A stretch of 64,000 nucleotides of DNA, from IMG/VR virus record IMGVR_UViG_3300020191_000008, positions 14,341 through 78,340 of that record. One strand, given 5' to 3'. The position numbers and the translations under genes were made by a program. The notes beneath the pieces are model-generated. The model did not search any database, was not told the DNA's origin, and worked only from the letters and a program-made list of their open reading frames with translations. Shown piece after piece: positions 48,101-55,936 of this stretch. The stretch is from a virus. Taxonomy: Duplodnaviria > Caudoviricetes. Numbering within the stretch: position 1 is the first letter of the stretch; each line of letters opens with the position of its first letter.

Positions 48101-50661
48101 TGTTTGAAGATTTTACAGTATATGATGATTGTGAACCTGCTGGAGTAGAACTTCCTAAAACAGAGGTTTCTTCAAAAGTTTTGCAAAGCTTAGGTCTTGG
48201 TGAAAACAGCTCTACAAAAGAAATTATGTATGAGTTAACTCGCAAGGGTTTACGAGATAAGGGGATCACTAAATATAATAATAGAGATGCTTACTACGTA
48301 AGAGCCAAACAAGAATTGGAGACTTTTGAGGAGCTAGGGTTTACAGATTACATTTTGCTCAATTGGGATGTACTAAATTTCTGCCACGAGAATCATATTC
48401 CTACGGGAGCAGGTCGAGGATCTGCTGCTGGCTCTCTTGTTTTATATTTATTGGGAGTAACTAATATTGATCCAATACCTCACAACTTATTCTTTGAGCG
48501 TTTCGTTTCAAAGAGTCGCGCTAAAAAAGTTTACGATAAGAGAAACAAGGAGTTTCTTGTTGGCAGTCTTCTTCCTGATGTTGATTCAGACATTAGTTAT
48601 GAGCAGAGACAAAAGGTTATTCAGTATATTGAAGACAAACACAATGGCAGGACTGCAAAAATTTTAACATTCAATACTTTTAGTTCCAAACTTTGTATTA
48701 GAGAAGCGACAAAGTATTTTGATGAAGCAAAAGAGGATCAGGCTAATTTTGTTAGTGACATGATCCCAAAACTCCATGGCAAAGTTTCTTCTTTAGAGAA
48801 TGCTAGAGAAGAGAATGAGAAGTTTGATCAGTGGGCAAAAAATCACAAAAGAACTTTTGTTAACGCCAAGAGAGTAGAGAATTTAATCAAGAACACTGGA
48901 GTCCATCCTTCTGGTATCGCGATCTGCTCGCAATCAATTGGCGATGTAGTTCCATTACAGAGAACTAAAGATGGAGATTTAGTTACTGGGTACAATATGC
49001 ATGATGTTGCTGACCTGATGGTTAAGTTTGATATTCTTGGATTGAGGACTTTAACTATTGCTCACAGGACTTGTGAGAAGATAGGAATCAACATAGATGA
49101 CATAGATCCCAATGATTCTTTTATTTATGAAAAGCTTCAAGATTACAACCATCCAGAAGGTCTTTTCCAAATTTCTGCTGACACAAACTTTAGAGTTTGT
49201 CAGGAGGTAAAACCACAAAATCTAAACGAACTTTCTGACGTTGTGGCTCTAGCACGGCCCGGAGCTCTACAATTTGTTGACGAATATATCACTCAAAAAG
49301 TGTCTCTCAAAAAGAGTGGATTACATGAAGATTTAGATGAGATTTTGTCTTGGTCAAAAAATGTAATTCTATATCAAGAGCAATTGATGCAGATCGCAAA
49401 TAAGGTTTTTGGTTTAACCTTGGAAGAAGCAGAGACTCTCCGTCGAATTGTTGGCAAGAAGAAGGTTGAGGAGATGCCTAAGTGGAAAGATAGAATTTAT
49501 GATGCCGCAGAGGATTTAGGTTTGGATGGTGTAATTAGTGATTTCTACTGGACTGCACTTCAAGCTTCGGCAGATTATTCTTTTAACAAGTCTCATAGTT
49601 TTGCTTATGCTGAGTTAGCTGCTAAAACAGTTTATTTGAAATACAAGTATCCTAGAGAGTTTTTCTTGTCTGTGCTTGAATCCTCTGAGTTTGATCCAGA
49701 TCCTTTGGCGGTTGTTGCTTCTGTTCATCATGAGCTAGATCACTTTGGTATTCGCTTATTGCCACCAAACTTATTTAAATCTCAAATGAATTTCTCTATT
49801 GAGGATAACAATATTAGGTATGGTTTGAATAGCATTAAGGGCATCTCAGAAAAGTCTATTGAAAGCCTTATATTTTTTAAAGGTTCTGATGGATTTGAGA
49901 GCAAGTATGATGTATTCTCTGCCGCTAAGAGTTGCGGAATCAACATATCTATTCTTGTCGCTTTGATTCAAGCTGGAGCGATGGGAGAGTCTACAGAAAA
50001 AAGAGGTAGGTTAGTATTAGAGGCTCAAGCTTTCAACATATTGACGGATAGAGAGAAGAGGAATTTTATTTCATTTAAAGACAGGTTCGGTGATGATATT
50101 TTAAAAGCCATATCGCAAGCGATAGAAACAAAAGCTATTGCTGACGATGGTCGTCCTTTAATGAAAGAGTCTAGGTTTGAAACGTTCAAAAGGAACTTCA
50201 AAAATTACAAAGAAATCTTTGACAAAAATAAACCTTATCAAAAGTTTACTAATTGGTGGTATGAAAATACTTTGCTGGGATATAGCTACTCTTTTGATTT
50301 GAAGGATTGTTTTGAAGATGAGTTTGGGGCCATGTGTTATCTCAAGGATATAGATGAAATATCAGAGAGGACTAATTTCAAGACAGTTTGCCAAGTAAAA
50401 GATTTTTTTACAAAGACATCTCAAAGTGGCAATAAATACATGTTGATTCAAGGTTCTGATAACACAGGGGCGGCTAGTTTTCTTATGATGGATAATTCTA
50501 GATCAACCACCCTTACTGATTTCCTTGAGCAGTATAAAATATCAAAAGATTGCATTTTGATCTTGAATGCTAGCAAAGGTCGTGGTAATAGTTTTGTGAA
50601 TTCAGCAAGAGTCGTAGATACAAAAATCATGATGAAACTGAGGGATTTAAGTAAAAAATGA
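48100..50661 (+). CDS. dnaE: DNA polymerase III alpha (family C) catalytic subunit, lacking the PHP domain
   Basis: GAGRGSAAGSLV, FERF, PDVDSD, HPSGI, KFDILGL, YSFNKSH, YGLNSIKG. Confidence 0.93.
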   Translation: MFEDFTVYDDCEPAGVELPKTEVSSKVLQSLGLGENSSTKEIMYELTRKGLRDKGITKYNNRDAYYVRAKQELETFEELGFTDYILLNWDVLNFCHENHIPTGAGRGSAAGSLVLYLLGVTNIDPIPHNLFFERFVSKSRAKKVYDKRNKEFLVGSLLPDVDSDISYEQRQKVIQYIEDKHNGRTAKILTFNTFSSKLCIREATKYFDEAKEDQANFVSDMIPKLHGKVSSLENAREENEKFDQWAKNHKRTFVNAKRVENLIKNTGVHPSGIAICSQSIGDVVPLQRTKDGDLVTGYNMHDVADLMVKFDILGLRTLTIAHRTCEKIGINIDDIDPNDSFIYEKLQDYNHPEGLFQISADTNFRVCQEVKPQNLNELSDVVALARPGALQFVDEYITQKVSLKKSGLHEDLDEILSWSKNVILYQEQLMQIANKVFGLTLEEAETLRRIVGKKKVEEMPKWKDRIYDAAEDLGLDGVISDFYWTALQASADYSFNKSHSFAYAELAAKTVYLKYKYPREFFLSVLESSEFDPDPLAVVASVHHELDHFGIRLLPPNLFKSQMNFSIEDNNIRYGLNSIKGISEKSIESLIFFKGSDGFESKYDVFSAAKSCGINISILVALIQAGAMGESTEKRGRLVLEAQAFNILTDREKRNFISFKDRFGDDILKAISQAIETKAIADDGRPLMKESRFETFKRNFKNYKEIFDKNKPYQKFTNWWYENTLLGYSYSFDLKDCFEDEFGAMCYLKDIDEISERTNFKTVCQVKDFFTKTSQSGNKYMLIQGSDNTGAASFLMMDNSRSTTLTDFLEQYKISKDCILILNASKGRGNSFVNSARVVDTKIMMKLRDLSKK

Positions 50662-52952
50662 ACGATCTTCCATTTACTCCACAACTGACTTCTATTTTTA
50701 AAAAATCTCAAGAGTTAAACGAACTACTTGAAAGGAATAGGGTAGATATAGATGTTTTTTTTCATAGTTTTATCAATGACTTAAGTCTTTCCTGCTCGAC
50801 TCTACTTGAGAAGTTTTCTTCCGAAGAGGCCCTACAGCTTGCATCGCTTCAAGTAATAGAGAAGAAAAAACCTCAAAAAATAACTTCTAGAAAATATTCC
50901 ACTAATCTAAATAAGCTAATTGAAGAATGTGAGATCATCCAGAGAGATATTTTTGGTTTAGATTATATCGGACCAGAATCTATACTTCTCGGCATGTTGA
51001 GCAATAGCTTTACACCCAAAGCTTTAAGTTCAGTTCTTGGGGAAGAGGATAGAGATATTCTGATTACAGATATTACTAGATTCATAAAAGATGAAGAAGA
51101 CGAGAATGATGAGTTCATGAGTTATTTCGACTCAGACTCTTCCTTTGAATTGGTTGACAAATGGATTGGCATGTTCGATGAGAACCCCATTCTGGATCAA
51201 TTTGCAGAAAACTTAAACTTAAAAGCTTCTCGTGGAGATTTTGATAAAATTGTAGATTTTGATGACAAGATATCAGAAATAGCAACAATTCTTTGTAGAA
51301 AGAAAAAGCCTAATGCAATTCTAGTGGGTCCAGCGGGAACAGGTAAAACTTCTTTAATTGAAGGCCTCGCTTCTCAGATCGTAAATGGCGAAGCTCCAGA
51401 ACTCATCGCGAACAAAGTTATTTATTCTTTGAGTTTATCTAGTATGGTTGCTGGGACTCAATACAGGGGACAATTTGAAGAGCGGCTTGAGAAGTTTGTT
51501 GATGAAGTTAAAAAATATGACAATATTATTTTATTTATAGATGAGATCCACACTTTAGTTGGTGCTGGAGGAACAACAGAGAACTCCCTTGAAGCTTCTA
51601 ATATTCTCAAGCCTGAATTAGCAAGAGGTACTATTAGCTGTATTGGAGCAACAACCATTAATGAGTATACCAATACAATTAAGAAGGACACTGCCTTGGA
51701 TCGTCGCTTTGAAAGAGTTACCATTAAGGAGCCTTCAAAATTCCAAATGGAGGAGATCCTTCCAACTATCACCTCATACTACGAAGAGTTTCACGGAGTC
51801 AGTTACACAGAGAACTTTATTAATCATGTGATTGATTTTTGCGAGAAATATCTTCCCAATAAGTTTTACCCAGATAAAGCTATTGATGTTATTGATCACT
51901 GTGGTGCTCAAGCCAAACTTTCCCATTGGCAAGAAGATTCTTCTTTTAAAGAAATTCAGGATGAAATAAAAGCTAGTGAGGTAGATCTAACCTCTACAGA
52001 GTCCATAATGTCTTTTGTATCGGATAGACTTTCAGGTTGGGCTGAAGATAAGCAAAAAAATACTCCTGAAGTAGCAATGAAGCACCTTGAAGACTTCTTT
52101 TCTAAGAAAGAGAATCCTTTGAGGAAGCCAGAAATCTTGTCAGAACTTTCGGGAAGTTTAAAAAGTAAGTTTGTAGGAAATAAAAGTGTTATAGATTCTC
52201 TCGTTGAGAGTATTTCACTATCAAGCTACGGCATGAACAAAAAGGGGGCAGCTCCTAACATCTATTGCTTAACTGGGGTAGAATCCAGTGGTAAAAGCTT
52301 CTTCTGCTCTACTTTAAAGGAGTCTTTAGAGAAGAGAGGGGTTAATGTTTTAAGTTACAGTGGCGTTCATTTCTCAGACGAGTTCGCTAAGTTTAAAATT
52401 CTACCAGAGGTAATGAACAATACTTCTCTTTGTGAGAAGATTAATATTCATCCGAATAGTGTGATCATTATTGATGATTTTCATAGGCTACATGTTTCTG
52501 TTAAGACTATATTTGCTCAAATTCTAAAAGAAGGTAGGCTTCAAATGGCAAATGGAGATTTAGCTGACTTCTCCAATGCTAAAATATTTGTAACTAGCGG
52601 CGTTGAAAACTCCTCTTCTATGGGATTCAATTCTGAATCTGGATCTCCTACCTCTTCTATTTTTAAAGAATTATTATCGCTCTTTGACTGCAACTTAGTA
52701 TTGAAGCAAGTCAGGAAGAAAGATATATTCAGAATTCTTTATCATAAGCTTCAAAAGATCAATGAGGATTTGAGGCTGAACAATATAGAGGTTGTGTTTA
52801 CATTGAGTTTTCTCAAGAGATTTGCTTCTTCCTCTAAGAACCTAGTAGACTTTGAAGACAGGTTCGAAAAGCAGATAAATAAATTTATTTGCAAAGAGAT
52901 AACAAAGGATTCCTCTAAAATAAATCTAGAAAAAATTTGTCTTTCTAGTTGA
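50658..52952 (+). CDS. ClpA/ClpC-like Hsp100 AAA+ ATPase
   Basis: Clp-N repeats, NBD1 (GPAGTGKT, YRGQFEERL, LFIDEIH, LDRRF, PDKAIDVID), degenerate NBD2 with an MGF loop. Confidence 0.88.
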   Translation: MNDLPFTPQLTSIFKKSQELNELLERNRVDIDVFFHSFINDLSLSCSTLLEKFSSEEALQLASLQVIEKKKPQKITSRKYSTNLNKLIEECEIIQRDIFGLDYIGPESILLGMLSNSFTPKALSSVLGEEDRDILITDITRFIKDEEDENDEFMSYFDSDSSFELVDKWIGMFDENPILDQFAENLNLKASRGDFDKIVDFDDKISEIATILCRKKKPNAILVGPAGTGKTSLIEGLASQIVNGEAPELIANKVIYSLSLSSMVAGTQYRGQFEERLEKFVDEVKKYDNIILFIDEIHTLVGAGGTTENSLEASNILKPELARGTISCIGATTINEYTNTIKKDTALDRRFERVTIKEPSKFQMEEILPTITSYYEEFHGVSYTENFINHVIDFCEKYLPNKFYPDKAIDVIDHCGAQAKLSHWQEDSSFKEIQDEIKASEVDLTSTESIMSFVSDRLSGWAEDKQKNTPEVAMKHLEDFFSKKENPLRKPEILSELSGSLKSKFVGNKSVIDSLVESISLSSYGMNKKGAAPNIYCLTGVESSGKSFFCSTLKESLEKRGVNVLSYSGVHFSDEFAKFKILPEVMNNTSLCEKINIHPNSVIIIDDFHRLHVSVKTIFAQILKEGRLQMANGDLADFSNAKIFVTSGVENSSSMGFNSESGSPTSSIFKELLSLFDCNLVLKQVRKKDIFRILYHKLQKINEDLRLNNIEVVFTLSFLKRFASSSKNLVDFEDRFEKQINKFICKEITKDSSKINLEKICLSS

Positions 52953-52976
52953 TAAAGTGGCTTTTATTTCTAGAAT
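52949..52976 (+). promoter_or_regulatory. sigma70-type promoter
   Basis: TTGATA-16 nt-TAGAAT, 8 nt before ATG 52985. Confidence 0.55.
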
Positions 52977-52984
52977 AACATGTT

Positions 52985-53194
52985 ATGAAATTAAATCGTA
53001 AGCAGAAAACTGCACTTAATGTCATTCGTGGTACACGGGGTCGTTTTTTTGGCCTTAAAACCACACAGGGGGAAACCTTAAACGCTCAGTTTCGTGGAGA
53101 GACTGAAAGTTATATTCAGATCTTTGATCGGAATAATGGAAATGTTCGTCGATTTGCAAAAACAAGCCTTGACAAAGTCTCATTTGGCAAGTAA
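52985..53194 (+). CDS. Small basic beta-rich hypothetical protein
   Basis: 69 aa, promoter upstream, TAATG-coupled to the next ORF. Confidence 0.7.
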   Translation: MKLNRKQKTALNVIRGTRGRFFGLKTTQGETLNAQFRGETESYIQIFDRNNGNVRRFAKTSLDKVSFGK

Positions 53195-53343
53195 TGAGTG
53201 GATCGACAGCAAGATATCTCAGGAGCTTAATTTCTTTTCAGAAAGACCCAATCATGAAAAGGGTTTACAAGAGAATCAAAAAGCGTTATACTGAGCTTCC
53301 TCACAATAAGAAGCACTTAATCAAAAGCTATACAAATCTATGA
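53194..53343 (+). CDS. 49-aa basic micro-protein (not in ORF track)
   Basis: MSGSTARYLRSLISFQKDPIMKRVYKRIKKRYTELPHNKKHLIKSYTNL*. TAATG overlap upstream and ATGA overlap downstream. Confidence 0.7.
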   Translation: MSGSTARYLRSLISFQKDPIMKRVYKRIKKRYTELPHNKKHLIKSYTNL

Positions 53344-53543
53344 ACGAAAATAATACATCAAGCGAATGGTCAGATCGTGAAATTGGTGCTCTCTGGCGTA
53401 AAGGCGGAGACAAGCCATTTTACTCTGGAAGCGTAACGGTTGGAGGTGAAAAACTCGAAATCGTTATCTTCAAGAATAAATACAAAGAAAAGGATAACCA
53501 GCCTGATCTGCGAATTTATAAGAGTAAGCAATTACAGAAGTAA
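53340..53543 (+). CDS. Small protein resembling DUF736-type nucleic-acid-binding proteins
   Basis: EIGALWRK..FYSGSV...IVIFKNKYKEKDNQPDLRIY. Confidence 0.55.
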   Translation: MNENNTSSEWSDREIGALWRKGGDKPFYSGSVTVGGEKLEIVIFKNKYKEKDNQPDLRIYKSKQLQK

Positions 53544-53731
53544 TGGCTCCTGATCAAGAACAAGAGCTTCACGAAGCCCTTGTTAATCATATTACAAGTA
53601 ATCTAACTTTTGCAGAGTTAATAGATATAATCTCTACTCTAGTCAATGAAGAGGTTGATCGTAAACTTGATAATATGACTGACGAAGAAAAACTTCAAAG
53701 TTATAACGAAGTTTTTGAAAAACAAGTGTAA
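53543..53731 (+). CDS. Small acidic helical hypothetical protein
   Basis: 62 aa, TAATG-coupled. Confidence 0.6.
   Translation: MAPDQEQELHEALVNHITSNLTFAELIDIISTLVNEEVDRKLDNMTDEEKLQSYNEVFEKQV
53726..53731 (+). promoter_or_regulatory. GTGTAA putative late-promoter motif
   Basis: 9 nt before ATG 53741. Confidence 0.5.
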
Positions 53732-53740
53732 CATCTTTTG

Positions 53741-54712
53741 ATGGAATACGATTTTTCTAAAGAAGCTAAAGAATTTCTTGAATCTCACTCTGCCAAGCGT
53801 TCTGGGCCTAAAAGTGGAGCGCAAACTCCAGCAAAGCCTAGCGAGCGCAAAAAAGGTTCTAGTAAGAACGAAAAAGGTAGTGCTGGGAAAGATGGGAAAA
53901 AGATTGCCTTCTCAGAAAAAGTAGTTACTGCTCTAAAAAATAAAGTAAAAGAGCATAATGAAAAGCATTCCAAAAAAGTTACACTTTCTCAGTTAAAGAA
54001 AATTTACCGCCGTGGTGCGGGAGCATTTAGCTCTAGTCACCGTCCTAACAAGACCAGAGGTCAATGGGCGATGGCTAGAGTAAATATGTTTTTAAAGATG
54101 ATGCGCGGAGGTAAGGTTAAAAAATCTTACCGTGCAGCCGATCAGGATGTAGCAAGAGGTTCTGAAGATTATTATATTGAAGAGCTTGGAAGAGCTTTCG
54201 TTGATTATGAGGAAATTGATTTTGCTCTTGCCCGTTTAGATTTCGTTCGGATGGATGCTTCATCTGAATCAGATCAAGATATTGAAGATATTGACTACTC
54301 AGAGGCGGAAAAAAAGACTTTAAACAAGCCATTCCGACTTAAGGACGGCAAAAAGAAGTTTGGCGTTTATGTTAAGAACCCCAAGACTGGCAATGTTATT
54401 ATGGTTAAGTTTGGTGATCCTAACATGGAGATCAAACGTGACGACCCAGATCGTCGCAGGAGCTTTAGAGCGCGTCATAAGTGCGATACTGCCAAAGATA
54501 AAACTACCCCACGCTACTGGAGTTGCAAATTCTGGGCTAAAAAGCCTGTAAGTTCTATGGCTTCAGAAGAAGTTTTAGCTTGGGACGAAGAAGAGAAGTT
54601 TTCTGAGTGGGGTTGGGATGATGAATCATTTTCAGAACATCAGGATTTGCTTAATGGTTTTCCATTTTTGAATGATATTAAAGAATTTGTTGAAGACGAA
54701 GGTGACTTGTAA
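53741..54712 (+). CDS. Two-domain basic viral protein of unknown function
   Basis: Domain 1 LKKIYRRGAGAFSSSHRP...WAMARVNMFL; domain 2 VKFGDPNMEIK...RRRSFRARHKC...RYWSCKFW; acidic linkers. Confidence 0.7.
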   Translation: MEYDFSKEAKEFLESHSAKRSGPKSGAQTPAKPSERKKGSSKNEKGSAGKDGKKIAFSEKVVTALKNKVKEHNEKHSKKVTLSQLKKIYRRGAGAFSSSHRPNKTRGQWAMARVNMFLKMMRGGKVKKSYRAADQDVARGSEDYYIEELGRAFVDYEEIDFALARLDFVRMDASSESDQDIEDIDYSEAEKKTLNKPFRLKDGKKKFGVYVKNPKTGNVIMVKFGDPNMEIKRDDPDRRRSFRARHKCDTAKDKTTPRYWSCKFWAKKPVSSMASEEVLAWDEEEKFSEWGWDDESFSEHQDLLNGFPFLNDIKEFVEDEGDL

Positions 54713-54718
54713 TATAAT
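54690..54718 (+). promoter_or_regulatory. sigma70-type promoter (leaderless geometry)
   Basis: TTGAAG-17 nt-TATAAT, 5 nt before ATG 54724. Confidence 0.6.
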
Positions 54719-54723
54719 GCGTT

Positions 54724-55524
54724 ATGCAGCGTGTTGTAGTCACTGGCAGTGAAGGCTTCATTGGGAAAAACCTTTGCCCTTATCTTGAGAAGAGGGGAAT
54801 AGAAGTTGTACCTTATGACATAAAATTTGGCGGCAGTCTGCCTCCTTTAAATGGTATTGATGCAGTTATTCATCTTGGGGCTAACTCAAGTACAACAGAA
54901 ACTGACTTAAAAAAGATTCTAAATGAGAACTTTATCTTCTCTGGCACCCTTTATCAATTGTGTGCTAATATGAATATTAAATTCCAATATGCTAGCAGTG
55001 CTTCAGTATATGGGGTTGCAGACACTTTCCAAGAGGATCAGTTCTGTATTCCATTGAGTCCTTATGCTTATAGTAAATATATGTTTGACAATTGGTTGTT
55101 AAACGAGAAGCATCCGTATCAAGGATTTCGGTACTTCAATGTGTATGGTCCTCATGAGGAGCACAAAGGAGATCAAGCAAGCCCTATTACTAAATTCGTT
55201 AAACAAGTTCAAGAACATGGTGAGATCAAAGTTTTTAGAGGAAAAGCCAGCAGAGACTTCGTCCATGTTGAGGATGTTTGTGAAGTTCATTATAGGATGC
55301 TTCATCATGATGATTCTGGGATCTTTAATGTTGGCACTGGTAATTCTGTTCCTTTTAGGGATATTGCTGACAAAATGGCAGAGAATTCTGGAGCAAAAGT
55401 TAAGCAAATAGCAATGCCAGAAAAATTAAAAGGACAATACCAAAAGTTCACTCAGGCAGATATAACGAAACTAACTTCTGTCATTGGGAATATGGAGTGG
55501 AAGCAGGTTTTAGAGTGTATATAA
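54724..55524 (+). CDS. hldD: ADP-L-glycero-D-manno-heptose 6-epimerase-like extended SDR
   Basis: TGSEGFIG, HLGANSSTTE, YASSASVYG, PLSPYAYSK, GFRYFNVYGPHEEHKG match HldD/RfaD. Confidence 0.8.
   Translation: MQRVVVTGSEGFIGKNLCPYLEKRGIEVVPYDIKFGGSLPPLNGIDAVIHLGANSSTTETDLKKILNENFIFSGTLYQLCANMNIKFQYASSASVYGVADTFQEDQFCIPLSPYAYSKYMFDNWLLNEKHPYQGFRYFNVYGPHEEHKGDQASPITKFVKQVQEHGEIKVFRGKASRDFVHVEDVCEVHYRMLHHDDSGIFNVGTGNSVPFRDIADKMAENSGAKVKQIAMPEKLKGQYQKFTQADITKLTSVIGNMEWKQVLECI
55515..55520 (+). promoter_or_regulatory. GTGTAT putative late-promoter motif (spanin pair)
   Basis: 11 nt before ATG 55532. Confidence 0.5.
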
Positions 55525-55531
55525 TAAAGCA

Positions 55532-55828
55532 ATGATGTCCTTAATTAAAACTCTTGCTCAAAGTCTCAAGCTTTATCTGGCTTTAAGGAATAAGCTTGCC
55601 TTCTTTGAAATAACAGAAAAACATAACAAAAGAAAAAATGAACTTATCGAAGAAATTGAAAAGCTACGCGCTGTTGGTGACAATGAGTCCAATGATCGCG
55701 CTGACTTCCTGCGGGGGCAGCTCCGCACCGAAAACAACCAATTTAAACATATATCAACCGTCTTCCTTGAAGCTCAAAGCGGGACAACCGATTCAGACTC
55801 AGGAGGGGACGTACACCCCCCAAAGTGA
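55532..55828 (+). CDS. Putative inner-membrane spanin (Rz-like)
   Basis: Amphipathic N-terminus then coiled coil; overlaps a lipoprotein gene in another frame. The TM segment is weak. Confidence 0.45.
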   Translation: MMSLIKTLAQSLKLYLALRNKLAFFEITEKHNKRKNELIEEIEKLRAVGDNESNDRADFLRGQLRTENNQFKHISTVFLEAQSGTTDSDSGGDVHPPK

Positions 55829-55889
55829 TGAAGTCTGGCATTCAGATGCTCGTTATAGAAAGCTAGAGCGAGAGATTTACAATCAATAA
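55638..55889 (+). CDS. Lipoprotein, putative outer-membrane spanin (Rz1-like)
   Basis: Basic N-region, hydrophobic stretch and lipobox LTS-C; starts inside the upstream ORF. Confidence 0.6.
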   Translation: MNLSKKLKSYALLVTMSPMIALTSCGGSSAPKTTNLNIYQPSSLKLKAGQPIQTQEGTYTPQSDEVWHSDARYRKLEREIYNQ

Positions 55890-55919
55890 AAAAAAGCCCC
55901 TCCGAAGAGGGGCTTTTTT
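55889..55919. terminator. Bidirectional Rho-independent terminator
   Basis: A-tract-GCCCCTC-CGAA-GAGGGGC-T-tract between convergent genes. Confidence 0.9.
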
Positions 55920-55936
55920 GTATATTTTATTATTTA

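Noticed and set aside
33404-50661. Inteins, introns or homing endonucleases in nrdA, recA, dnaB or dnaE
   Set aside because: Conserved motifs are contiguous at normal spacing, and no splice-junction or LAGLIDADG/HNH/GIY-YIG motifs were seen.
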